Part shown: positions 22,550 through 35,109 of the stretch, piece after piece
Layout of the letters: each line of letters begins with the position of its first letter
Numbering within the stretch: position 1 is the stretch's first letter
DNA from: Psammoneis japonica
Lineage: Eukaryota
Length of the DNA: 64,000 bases
Assembly: GCA_008632985.1 (NCBI GenBank)
Contig: QPGO01000062.1
Coordinates: 310,001-374,000 of the forward strand
Direction: 5' to 3'
The notes under the pieces: model-generated
Seen by the model: only the letters and a program-made list of their open reading frames with translations
What the model was told of the DNA's origin: nothing
The model's database searches: none
Position numbers and translations under genes: made by a program

Positions 22550-25500
22550 GCTCATGCATGTGATGGCACGCAACGTGAATCACGTGCACGAAGGACAAAA
22601 CATCGCGACCGGGCCAGCGAAATTTGCCCTCATGCATGACCTGCTGCAGGGCGATGCTCTGACGTCATTTGACAATGCCGCTGACAAGCGTGCATCCCAA
22701 ACCAACGCTGCGTGCGCAGCATGCGTCGCGAAGCTAAAGGAAAGTGTCTTCCCACATGGGGCAGCACCACTGCAGAAGCGTCATCTGTGGCGCTTCATGT
22801 GCAAGCCCGCAGAGGTTTCTGCTCGTGACTGTTGAAATTAACGGCTGTGTCTCTCAGTTTCCACCCGTGACGGAGGATGGAGAAACACCGGCACCATTGC
22901 CCAATGACGAACTGTGCGACATGTTCGAGTGCGGTGTGCCGAATGCATGGCAGAAGTTCATGACGCTGCAGAATTTTGACCCGCTGGCGCATGCCATCGC
23001 CGAATTTGTGCAGTTCTGTGAGCGCGCCGAGCAGGTCGAGCTTGCCGAAGGCAACCGCGACCAACACACTGGGGTCCCACATGAGCGGGGACGCAGAACG
23101 GACAGTTCTGAGTTGTTGATCACGACCCAACCACGACCCAACCGAACACCCACGTGAAACGTGTCAAGACTGGACAATCCAGCAACGGAGGCAGTGAGCC
23201 CAATGCAAAACCTCGGAATGAGGAAGACGCTGGTGCTCTCATCGGATCGAAGGTCGAGGAGTTCTTTGCCAACGCTCAGAAAAAGCGCAAGGCCCGTGAG
23301 GAGGAGCTTGGTCACTTCCGCAACCTCAACTTGAGTGATTCCGAAGACTCGGACACTTGCCGACACGATGCAGGTGGTTTTGACACACCAGATGAATGCA
23401 CCAATGAACAACTGAACTGCCATCGCACACGTGTTGCAGGCCAATCCCGCAAACGAGTTAAAAAGACTCATCTTGCTCCAATCTTGTTCACAGCTGTGAA
23501 TGCCAAACATGGCAAGGGCAAGACTCAAACTGTCAAGGCACTGCCAGACAGTGGCGCCAGCAGCACTCCACTCGACAGTCGATGCTGCAAATGTCTGCCA
23601 AGCCATTCAACGGCTGAGACAAACTGGGCCATGGCAGCAGGCTCGTTCAGTGTGTCCAACGACTGCACCGTTAAATTTCGGTTGCCAGAATCATCCGAAA
23701 CTGCAGAACTCAAGCATGCCATCCACGCACACAATGGAAAGTTGGGCAAGTGCGATGTGATCATTGGACGCGACACTCTGGAGACGCAAGGCGTTGACAC
23801 TGTCTTCTCCAAACAGATGACAGAGTGGCCATTGGTCAATGGAGAAGTGCCAATGAGGCACGCAGATGCTGCAGTGGAAACCTCCTTCTGTCTTCAAGAT
23901 CCAGAAGCCTTGTCTTCGGAAACCGACCGGATTTCGCAGATGCCAAGCACGCGCCGGCCTGCCTCGAGGACATGACGCAAGGGGCAACAGGACTTTCTAC
24001 AGTTCAACAAAACGACCTTTTAGCACCATTGAAACGCCATGAGTCCTCATTTGATGGGACATTGGGAGAATGGAAGGGAGAACCCTACCATGTCCAACTC
24101 AAGGAGGGTGTAGAACCATGCCACGCTCGTCCGTATAAAGTACCTCGTGCGTACGAAGCTACGCTACGTAAAGAAGTAGAACGCCTGGTACGTATCGGTG
24201 TTCTCAAACGCGTTAACCGATCCCAATGGGCAGCTCCATCATTTATCATACCGAAGAAAGATTTAACGGTACGCTTTATTAATGATTTCAGAGAGCTGAA
24301 TAAACGGATCAAGCGATTGCCTTATCCGATTCCTCATATCCAAGATATGCTACTTAAGCTCGAAGGCTTTATGTGGGCTACATCGCTGGATTTAAATATG
24401 GGCAATTATCATATCCGATTGGATACTGATAGTAAGAAGCTCTGCACGCTCATCTTCCCGTGGGGTAAGTATGAGATGCAGGTATTGCCCATGGGATTAT
24501 GTAATTCGCCAGACATTTTCCAAGAACGCATGTCAGGCTTATTTGAAGATCTATCGTTCGTTCGAACGTACTTAGATGACCTTCTCGTCGTGACGAAAGG
24601 CACCTATGAAGATCACCTCAACAAACTTGAAGAAGTTTTATTGAGGGTCCAGAAAGCAGGACTAAAAGTTAACGCAACTAAATCTCACTTCTGTCAAACC
24701 CAATTAGAATACTTGGGTTATCTGGTCAACAGAGACGGACCTACCTAATAAAGCATTAAGCGAATCGCGACCCCAACCAATAAACGCGACCTACGTTCAT
24801 TTATTGGTATGGTGAACTACTACCGCGACACGTGGATTAGACGTTCTGAAGTCTTGGCTCCGCTAACACGACTCGTAAGCGAGACTGTTAAGTGGGAGTG
24901 GACGTCCGTTGAAGACGAGGCGTTCGAAACCGTTAAACGGGTAATATCGGATGATGTCTTATTATCACATCCTGATTTTAATAAACCCTTTGAGATACAT
25001 ACCGATGCCTCTAAATATCAATTGAGAGCAGTTATATCCCAAGATAATAAACCTATCGCCTTTTACAGCAGAAAGCTTAATAATGCGCAATTAAATTATA
25101 CAACAACGCAGAGAGAATTACTCGCCATTGTGGAGACGTTGAAAGAATTTCGAACGATTCTCCTTGGTCATCGTATAATCATATATACTGATCATAAAAA
25201 TCTTACGTACAAAGTGTTCAATACCGAGCGCGTTATGCGCTGGCGGTTAATATGCGAAGAATACGGTCCCAAATTACGCTATGTTAAAGGTGCCCATAAC
25301 CTAGTCGCTGACGCTCTTAGTCGCCTTCGACTAGCACCCAGCTTGCCTTCCGAGGCTAATCCGGATGTAAAAGACACTCCATCGAGTCGTCCTTTGCATG
25401 AAGCTTTTAATGCAGACGCGCAAGATGAGCCATCTCTGCCCATCAGCTTCAAGCGCATTCAAAAAGCACAACAAAAGGACAAGCGCCTGCTCTCAAGAGC

Positions 25501-27010
25501 TGGGGACTCGTCCGACCACTCCATTCGCGCGCATCGTGGGGGAGGGTCATCACGACAGTTAATCTGTCATAAGGACAAAATCGTAGCACCACAGTCATTG
25601 CAGGTTCCGCCAACTGAATGGCACCATGGGACACTGTGTCATCCAGGTGAGACACGTGCGGAAATGTCTGTTGCCCAGCACTTCTGTTGGCCCAGCATGA
25701 GGTCTACGGTGCATTCTACGTGCGTTAAGTGCGATCGATGCCAGAAGACAAAACGCCGAACGCAGCATCATGGGAAGCTGCCAGAAAAGGTTGCAGAGAT
25801 GATTCCATGGGAGACTCCATGCACAGACATGACAGGGCCATGTAAAATTCAAAGACGAGAAAAGGACACCTTGCAATTGTGGGCAGTCACAATGATTGAC
25901 CCAGCAACCGGGTGGTTCGAGATTAAAGAAGTGTCCACAAAATGCGCAGACGTCGCAGCAAACGTCGTGGAACAAACGTGGCCATGCAGATGTCCGTGGC
26001 CAACCCAGGTGGTTTGTGACCGTGGGACAGAATTTATGGCAGAATTTAGCCAGATGATTAAAAATGACTGTGGGATTTTGAAGAAACCCACAAGTGAACG
26101 GAATCCACAGGCAAATGCCACAGTGGAACGTGTGCACCAGACACTTGGTGACATGGTGCGTTCCTTTCCAGTGCAGGACATGGAACTGGACGAAGATGAC
26201 CCGTGGAGTGGCATCCTCTCCACAGTGGCCTTCGCTGTTGGAGCTGCGGCACACACGACCACGCATGCAAGTCCCATGCAATTGGTCGTCGGACGCGATG
26301 CGGTTTTTGTCTGTTGCCCATCGTGCCAAGTGGAAGCACATAGAAACCAGAAAGCAGAAGCTTGTCCACTTAAACAGCAAGCGTGAAAATCAGAAACGCA
26401 AGGAGCATCAATGCACCGCAGGGCAATTGGCACTTGTCAAACAGGAACAATCCTCTAAATGCGGTTCTGACAGCTGTGCAGGACCCGCCAGAGTTGTCCG
26501 TGTGCATGACAACGGCACGTTGCGTGTCCAGAACGGAGCGCTGACAGATGCGTGCAATCTGTGGCAGATTGTGCCCTGTCACCAGCAAGACATTCTGTCA
26601 CTTAACGGCCCTGATCATGGGGGAGTGTGCAGCATGCCTCACCACTGGACAACACGGCGAGACCGTGCACAAGCCTCTTGCACGTGGCAATGCAGCATTG
26701 TCAACACGCACCTGGGAAGCACGACCACAGGAGGGCGTGGCTCCAGGTCTTGGGCAGTTCCAGAAGGATGCCAAGAGAGCGTCCGTGTGAAGCACACTAG
26801 CCCGTCGTCTGGCCCACGATGGCAGCGTGATTCCACACGATGACATCACTCGTGCATGGCGCGTGATGGCTTGATTCGCACGATCCACAATGCGAACGCA
26901 CGATCGACCCAATGCGATCCAAATGCGAGCGAATGGGGATTTGGCAAGATTCCCTGTTCGCACGATCCCATTTTCTCTTCTCTAAACTGGCTCATAATTT
27001 TCACAACGAC
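22550..27010 (+). mobile_element. Ty3/gypsy LTR retrotransposon; 5'-truncated, frameshifted, with hypermutated ends
   Basis: Domain order is gag (LLQGDALTSF), protease (ALPDSGAS), RT (DFRELN, LPMGL, YLDD), RNase H (TDAS, RELLAIV, YTDHKNL, ADALSR) and integrase (HHGTLCHPG..C..C, CDRGTEF, VERVH). PPT CATGGGGGAG at 26616-26625, then a probable 3' LTR to about 27010. No 5' LTR seen. Confidence 0.93.
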
Positions 27011-27659
27011 AAAGTCGCAACACATCTTCTTTTTCAGCACCCAGCACACACACAGGGCACATGGACAGTTGAAGGGTTCAGTGCCTTCTTCCTTGTTTTG
27101 CAAACTCTTTGTGAGGAATTTTGCAACTGGAAAACCCCACTTTTTTGCTGTTGAAAATTGTGCTGCAAGTTTGGGACATGCATTTCATGCAAAAATGGGC
27201 ATTTTTTCACCCACATCTGGGACACCAACAATCCAGGTGTCGCACTGGCATTCAAGATTTCTTGAAATAAAACCCGACATTTTCTCCCTTCAATCCAAGA
27301 TGATCGCGCTGATTTGACAAGTCAGCTTTTCTGAAATGTTCAACAACAAACATCCATGTTCCTCAATTTGGCCATTTGCCCCCCCATCCGACAAGCCTTG
27401 TGTGTGTGCTCAACTCCATTTTAATTTCTGGTTTGTGTGTCAATCAACTTTCTGGATCAAAATCGCCGCCCACATCTGTCAATCTAGACTCCAATTGTTT
27501 TCTCAATTTTCTCTCCCTGCCCATTCCATCCTTCCTCCCCGTCCATCCGCACGTTGCATCTCCATGTTTCCACCCTCACCATGTCCCCAAGTGATTGTTG
27601 TTGCACCCACTGTTTGCTTTCGATTCTCTCATCAACTCCTTTGTCTGTGTGCATCGGCC

Positions 27660-27790
27660 ATGTCGTCTGATGGTCTTGTTTGTCCATGGTGCAAACGAAC
27701 CGGTTTCTTTTCCGAACGTGGCCTCAGCAGGCACATCGCAACTAACTTCTGTGATGCACCTGACAGACAGACTGCCATTGTCAAAACATC
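27660..27790 (+). pseudogene. C2H2/C2HC zinc-finger remnant
   Basis: CPWCKRTGFFSERGLSRHIATNFC in TpA-depleted sequence. Cys and His are inflated in this region, so this needs caution. Confidence 0.4.
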
Positions 27791-27982
27791 ACATGGGGCT
27801 GTTTGCGAAAAAAACACCTGTGGTGCCCACAACAGATGGGCCGCCGTTGGCAACACATGTTTGGCAAGAAAGCCGTTTTTGTTGCAAAGTGATGGGTGCG
27901 GACTTTCGCTGTGTTGGGTCTGTTCCACTTAAAGAAAAAGACTGGGCACCATTTGATTTGGTAGAACAGGCAACTTCAGAGA

Positions 27983-28753
27983 ATGGCGCGGAAGTGTTCT
28001 GTGAACGGATGCCGGAAATTTGCCCATTGGCCGACAACGTCATGCCAGAAACATGGCAAGTTGCCAACACGCCCGGGCGAAATGAAATCTCATGTCGTCA
28101 AGAGTGAGAAGGTGGGGTCCAAAGAAAGAGAGCACCAGGAAAGAAAAAAAGGCCACTTGCAAAAATTCAAAACACCGCCACACCTGCTCAACAAGACAAC
28201 AATGCTTGCAAACAAGGCACCAAGTGGGAAGGGAGAAAAGGAAGGACACCGTTTTGTTGGCGAGTTCACCATTGACAAAAAGGAAAAGGCGGAAGGCATT
28301 GGGTTGGCAGAAAAAATGTTGGAGTTAATTCCTGGCTTTCCCCCAGCGGGTGATTCAAGCAGAAAGACATCCCGGCACACAGCAGCAAACGCTCCTGCTT
28401 CAAATTCAAGATCTGGCTTCTGGTCAAAGGGGGAAATTCATCGCGATTGCGTGGAAACAAAATCATTGCCTGGCAACAAAATTTTCACCATGTTTCCATT
28501 CCTCGATGACACGACGGAGCACAATGGTGCAGTGGAGACATGGCCGGACAGTTGTGAGGTGACATTGAAGGAGAAGGAACGCGAAAGACAATTGGTTGGG
28601 TTGGGTTTGGAAAAACAATCACTGGTTGGAGAAGCAGGCACTGCATTTGTTTTTGATGCAAGAATGTTGCACCAAGCTTTGCCTGACAAAACGAACTCGG
28701 ATCGAAGGAACATGGTGTGTCCAGCCCACAATTTCGACATGGTGAGCATGTGA
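27983..28753 (+). pseudogene. 2-oxoglutarate/Fe(II) dioxygenase (PhyH-like) remnant
   Basis: IHRD (HxD), FLDDTTEHNGAVETWPDS, GEAGTAFVFDARMLH (distal His) and KTNSDRR (2OG-binding Arg) in the canonical order. No Tyr in 256 aa. Confidence 0.7.
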
Positions 28754-28863
28754 ACACAGCAAGCGTGTGAACAAGCATGTGTTGGAATGCAAAACTGGCA
28801 AAGCAGTGAGTTGACACAGGCACAAAGTGGGTTTGTGCAAATGGCCAATTGACAACGCATTGC

Positions 28864-29600
28864 TCACACAGACGACAGCCACATTGCAAACAAAGTGAAA
28901 TTGCAAAGTTGCCCACTTTTGGCATGCTTGAATTTGCGTTTGATGTCAGACCCCAGGTCGTTCCCAGTGGAATGCCCAGTCTCCACGGCTTCGTCTCTTT
29001 TCTTGGTGCACTTGTGAAGCAGGTGCCCATCGACACTGCCTCCCCACGACAGATTGTCTGGATGGGCAGGAACAAAGAATGCTCCATGCCTCCATTTGTG
29101 CGTGTGAACACAAAACATCAGGTCCAGTGAAATGACAACAGTGCCTTCAGGACACTCATTGGACAGCATCTCCTCGAGTTGGTTCTGTGTCGCGTTGTTG
29201 TCAAAAAGCATTTGCCCATTGCAGCTGTTGAAGAAAATCTTCAAGTTGTTCAGACGGTGCAACCGACGAACAGCATTGTCTTCGGAGAGGAAGTCCTGAT
29301 TGATCAGGGTCGGGAAGCGACTGGTGTTGTTGTGCCATGTGGCATCACACCACTGAGAGCCAAGATCATGACGGGGACGGTGGAACTCGATGCTGCAGGC
29401 ATTGCAGGCAGGAACAAGCAGATGACAGGCAATCGCAAAACCGCCAACACCACCACCAACGTCGAGGAAATTAAAACGGCGACGCGTTCCAGCCCCAGGT
29501 GGGAGCTCGTAGTACTGACGTGTGACAACAATAATTTTTATCATCCGTCGTATGTTTCGTACGTAGATTTCTACGTGTGACATTTAAAAAAAATTGTCCA
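28864..29600 (-). pseudogene. Class I SAM-dependent methyltransferase remnant, DOT1-like
   Basis: FLDVGGGVG (motif I), SIE, QDFL, IFFNS and PEGTVVISL parallel DOT1 DLGSGVG/GIE/GDFL/IFVNN/GxxIVS. Confidence 0.6.
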
Positions 29601-30689
29601 GACTCGCTGTTTTGCGAAGCCCCAGACGTTTTATATAACAAATTTATAGAAACAATAATGCGCCAGTTACATTCTTCAATGTCTGAAGAATGTAACTGGC
29701 TAAGTAAAAAATGATGTACTTCAATCATGTGCGAGTTTGTGCGTTCGCAAAATTGCCTCATTTTCTGTTGGCGATCATTGACATTCTAATTACCGTATAA
29801 TTTTACTACGGAGCTCGCACGTAGAAGTCTACGGGCCCAATGTCACACGGATTCCCACCTACGTCTGGAACGCGTCCGGCTTCGAATTTGTGCTGCAAAG
29901 AGAGCGGGGTTACAAATGACCTTGGCGGAGAAGGCAAAGCTTGCCGCACCACCGTGTGATTCCACACCACCACCAGCAAAACAACCAATTTGATCATCAA
30001 TTGGCGGCATGTGATTGCAACAGAGGGAACACGCGTTCCCATGATGGGAACGACTCACGACAACCACATCTTGGCGACAATGACACACTTCAGTGGACAT
30101 CAAAGTGGACCAGAAAATTTGGGCAACAGAGAGAGCAACTGGACAAATGTGGCATCGGGGAAGTAGAGGGAATGACCTGTTAAGACAGGGACAACAAACA
30201 GGAGGTTTGACATGACTTGGTGCACCAAAGGAAGCAGATGTTGCATCAACAAGGAAGCGCAATGCATGCACTGACATGAGCAGATGCAACACATTGTTTG
30301 GCATTGATTTGAATGACATGGCAATCTTCATTGGTGCACTGGATTGGCTGAAAAAGGCACACAATTCAAAACAGTGAAACGTTGACAGAAAAGCAAACAT
30401 GGGGTTGGGAATGAGAACTCAAAAATGACACAAAGACCTGTTTGAATCGAGAGAGGACACGCAAGCAACGACAAAACCAAGAAAATCACATGCAAAAGTG
30501 CACTCTTTTTGCAACTTGCCTTTCACAAAGTGACAGGAAAGGACAGAAGTTCCAAAAAAGAGGAAGCCATTGGGAAGGCAAAAAAAAATGGAGGATGCGG
30601 TTCTCACAGGAGCGACGGAGGGAGGAAGTGCAGCTTCCAGCGGCAAGTGAGATTGAGAAAGGACATGACAAAGAATTGCTGATGAGCTG

Positions 30690-31843
30690 ACATGATTGTT
30701 GGATTGATCTGTGTGGTGTCACATGAAGTCACCATGAGTCCTGCGGTGGCGGCCTTGTTGCGTGCACAAAGAAACGAACATGGGGAATTGAACAGATTCC
30801 AGCGTGCAGGTGGCGATTCAAGTTTGGTGGTGACTCCCACAGAGGGATGTCTTGTGTTGGATCGTGCACCAGCAGTGAGCAAGAAATTGACAGCATCGAT
30901 GTTGACTGAGGTTGTCAATGAGAGTGTTTGGCCATGTTGCAAGTTCACAATCTTCGATCATGAACTCACCGTGGGAGGAGATTACATGAAATTGGTTCTG
31001 CAGGAGTCAAGGAGCATGGCGTCTTCACCGGAGAAGTTCTGGGAAGAATGCAAAGAGGTGTTCAGGACCAAACTCAACCGAAAGAGGAATGATGTGCAGG
31101 ACAACATTGGGAGGAGAATGACAGGCAAGCAGACGTGTGTGTGCCGGTGATTGTGTTGGAGGCGATTGTCTGACGGGATGAGTGTCTCTTCCTTTGCTGT
31201 TGTCTGTGCAGTTGCTGCTTTAGAGGGATCGCTGGTGGCTTGCAAAGACTTGACAAATGGAAGAAATGACAAGGACACACACGCGTGGTTCTTGGAAACT
31301 GTGGTGCCGACGGTGGTGGGACAAGCGCAGTTTGGTGGAAGCACAACCGACATGCTTCAGGAATGGCTTTCGGTTTCGTCGGAGGCGTTTGCTCTGCCAG
31401 TGCACTTGAACTGCTGCAACAAGGTGAAGGACACGGCAGAGAAATTGGAAAAGGAAGAAAACATTGCAAGGAGAAGAAAGCCAACTGTGAAAGATGCTGC
31501 TCCTGCAAAGTGCACAGTGCAGGCGGCGGGGGAATCGGCAAAGAGGAACCAAGGATGGAGCAAGGAGGCGATCGAGAAGTGCAATGATCTGTGTCAGTGG
31601 GTGGTGAAAGACAGAGAGAACAACCAGGGATTCGGTGCATGGTTCAAGGAGAGAAGGCGAGAGAAGACAAACTTGTCTCAGGAGGAAAACAAGAAACGCA
31701 AAAGAGAGGAAAAAAGAAAGGAGAGAGAGGAAGGATGGGCGGCGCCAATGGGAGAGGACCTGCCATTGCAGGCAGTGGCTGCAGGCAACGGAGCGGTGGC
31801 AAATGCTGCAATGGCCGCCAACCAAACTGGTGTGCAAACTTAA
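30690..31843 (+). pseudogene. Repeat-associated protein remnant (EAFAL...KYT...GWS...YN.L family) with a probable intron near 31125-31225
   Basis: FRTKLNRKRN, SEAFALPVHLNCC, KCT and QGWSKEAIEKCNDLC read as a coherent family once Cys/His are reverted to Tyr. GCAAGC at 31125 looks like a converted donor. Confidence 0.55.
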
Positions 31844-32844
31844 TTTGAAACAAACAATGATGTCCAGACAAGTGAAAATTAAAAAAAACATTCTGCGATG
31901 CGGTTTGGATGCAACAACGTGTGGCAATTGGGAATTTGGATTTGAAAACGGCACAGCAATGAGATAAAATGTAGGACGAGTTGGCAGAAAAGGAGGGTGG
32001 ATTACAAGCAGCAACATTTGTGTCAAAAGAACGAGAAACCCCAAATGTTAATTGGGGTGCAGGTCTGCATTATGTGAAAGGAATGATCACACTTAAAAGT
32101 GAGAAGCGATTTGGGTTTTAGAAGGTCACAAACTTGCGCAGTTCTCACATTATGTTCAAGGAGAGAATTGGCTCACAAGTTGACAAAAATCTGGCATTGA
32201 AGTCAAGAAACACCCAGATCATGGCAGACGGTCAGACCCAGATTGTTGGCATCCCAGATGCATGTGCACACCTGAGTCTGGAACAAATCTCATGCTCACA
32301 ATCTCGAAGCAGACTCGCTTGTGCATTCAACTCCATTGTCCAACTGCCAACCTTCCTGGGGGGGGGGGGGGGGGTCAATTTGAAGAATTCCATCCTGTCA
32401 CATGTCCAAATGCCTCTTGGGCTGTCACAAACTGCTTCATGGCGGAAGAACAAAGCCAGCTTCCTGGCGTCAAGAATGGCTCTCCTTTTTTGTCCATCAC
32501 AAATCCACAAGCACCTCCTGAGCCGGCACTCATGCTGAGTGGTCCACACCTTCCATTGTCATCCATTCTGTGGGTTGACAAGCCAACACTCAATGTCTTT
32601 TTCAACTCACAAATGTCTCTCTTGTCCAAGGTCAATCGTGCATCATCTCCCCTTCATCCTGTGGCACACTCATCTCTCATCCCCACTGCTCGTCCACATT
32701 GTGGTTTTCTTCATTGACGCAATGCATCTCAAGAGCCATGTTCGGCAATGTCCCTGACATGACCAACAGCAGGCTCAGCACCGAGGCACAGCTCACATGC
32801 ACCGAGGCACAGCTCACATCCAGGTGAGTTGTTCCTTCATCAGA

Positions 32845-33175
32845 AACACTTTTCGGGAACCATTCCTGCAGAAATTGGGTTGCTTGGAAATTTGAGCAAG
32901 TGCGTGCAACACCTCATGATGACATCCCAATTAGGCTGCCCTCCTTGGCTTGTGACCTGTTTTGACTCCTGTGGTTTGTGTGCTTCCAACGCACAGCTGC
33001 TTTGACTCCAGGCAACAACGCGCTTGCAGGGACCATTCCAACAATGTTTGGTTCCATGACAAACTTGGGTGAGAGCAAAGAAATTCTAAAGCATTTGATG
33101 GACTTTGACAGACGTTTCCTCACTTCTAACCTCGTGTTACTTCATTCTCCATCAGAACATTTGCACCTTTTGCCA
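32845..33175 (+). pseudogene. Leucine-rich-repeat gene fragment with one LRR per exon
   Basis: FSGTIPAEIGLLGNL | ALTPGNNALAGTIPTMFGSMTNL | EHLHL. A 72-nt exon is bounded by CAG and GTGAG, and the first donor reads GCAAGT (32896). Confidence 0.75.
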
Positions 33176-33706
33176 CAAATTTATTCGCTGGAGTGTTTGA
33201 ATGTCCGAGCTTCATTGAGAAATGCTGTGTCTCCTGTTCACCCGACTCCACGGCTTGCCACAGCCTCTGAGCACCCCTGCCCCCATTGTCTACGCTCCGA
33301 TGCTAAATGTTTTTGCCAGTTTTGTAAATGCATGGTTTGAGACAGATGAGTCCATTTTGCGTCTCATCCTGCATTCTTTGTGTACCGGTACACCGGGCAT
33401 GCGAGTCCCTCGAAAGGTGACGCCGCGGAATTGATTTGAACAGTCTATCATAGATTCTAAACTACGACAGCAGCTTAAGTCTCATGAAGAGTTGTACTCA
33501 CCAAAGTCATAAGACCTGGACCTTTTATCTACAAGATACGTAATAAGCGTTGTTTTAACAAAACAGACAGACATTACATATAATTATATTGTGTCAGAAC
33601 ATGTTCGATGAACTTGCGGATCCTTTCAACTGTATCATCCAAAAGAGGAGAACACCACCTCCACCGATTCCTCAAGCCCACAAATGAAAGTAAAATATAA
33701 CCCCAC

Positions 33707-34522
33707 TTAGGTGCGCCAAAACCAACTCAAATATCCAGAAGAAGCTGGTTCATTCTCTGCTCCTTTCTCCTCCTGGGCTTCAACATCCGAGTTGGCATCG
33801 TCGGAAGACTCGTTTTCCTCACCTTTCGCATCATCACTCTTTTCAGCGTCCTTCGCGCTCTGGTCTTCTTCTTGTTCTTGAGGCGCCAAAGAACGGCTCG
33901 TGCGTCCTCGATTTTTGTAAAGCTCACGTTTCTCCTGGTAGCTTTGGCGCATCCGACTGAGCGCAAGCTGAAGGCACAAAAGGCCCATGACAAAATATAG
34001 GCATCCAAACCCAATAATGCTCCACGCGACAGCCTCGAGCACAGAACTAAGGAGGTCGTAGTTCTCAAATTCGTCGTTATCAGGCTCTGAGGTTTCATTC
34101 TCCGCCAACCCAATCACTCCGATAAAGGTGTAAAACAAACCTTTCGTGATCCAATTATGCAGAAGTATCGACTCGCGAACCGTGGAAGGCCATTCCAACT
34201 CGAGGAAAACCACAAACACGCATAGCAGAATGACATAGGTACGAAGTACATATCCAGTTGGAGAATTCTTGTAGTATACCATCCCTACAATCTGACCTGC
34301 TGCCATCCACAAGGCCACAAGAACCGTCAAGATGGACACAACAACGAAGAATTGGTGAAAGCAGCTACGCCTCGGTTTTTCCAGCGGTATCTCTGTGTTG
34401 TTCTGGGGTTCTTCGTTCTTTTTACTTTCTGACGCAGAAGAAGTCCCCGCCGCCTGTGAGGCCGTCTTCGACTGGTCTCCCTCAGTCTCAGTTTCTGGTT
34501 TCTTTGTAACCTTACTTTTCAT
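33707..34522 (-). CDS. COPI-associated / TVP15-like 4-TM Golgi membrane protein
   Basis: Intact ORF with normal Tyr content, four hydrophobic helices, FLELEW and NWITKGLFYTFIG motifs, and an acidic tail. Confidence 0.7.
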   Translation of the reverse strand: MKSKVTKKPETETEGDQSKTASQAAGTSSASESKKNEEPQNNTEIPLEKPRRSCFHQFFVVVSILTVLVALWMAAGQIVGMVYYKNSPTGYVLRTYVILLCVFVVFLELEWPSTVRESILLHNWITKGLFYTFIGVIGLAENETSEPDNDEFENYDLLSSVLEAVAWSIIGFGCLYFVMGLLCLQLALSRMRQSYQEKRELYKNRGRTSRSLAPQEQEEDQSAKDAEKSDDAKGEENESSDDANSDVEAQEEKGAENEPASSGYLSWFWRT

Positions 34523-35109
34523 GGTTGCTAGAATTCTTTTCTCTACAAGCCTGTCCCCGTCGAGTATTTGTTGCTGATGCTGATGCGCGCTCTGCGTTGG
34601 TCAAGCTACGTGATGAGGCGCTGCTGTTCCTCGGAAGACAATGCGAAAGCGGAATGTAACGCCATTGTGGCGATTGCGTCGGCGAACAGATCACGCATCA
34701 CGCGCATCCGGGATCGATCCGGGAACCGGGACTGTCGCGTGGATGACTGCCAGACGTTGCTGGAGGGGAAAATGAGAATGACGTCAGCAGGGGCTTGATT
34801 GACGGACACTGCGACTGTAGCTTTTCATTCTGTTTCGATTTTCGACCCTTTATTGTTTGTTGTCATTGTTGGGTTGTTGGGACAATTGTTTGGAAACAAC
34901 CGACCCTTTCAGCAATGAAAGGAAACTCAGCATTGGCGGGTGTCTTTTTGTGCATTGTTCTAATTGGTTGGAAAACCACGTCATTTGTTCCTTCTTTTTT
35001 GATGAAATGGGCAGCTGGGGAGGCATTGGTGCTGCCGCTGCTGCTTCTCTGAATCCAACGATGACAACTGGGGTGCATCTGCAGCCCAAATGTGATGCGC
35101 TCTGACCAC

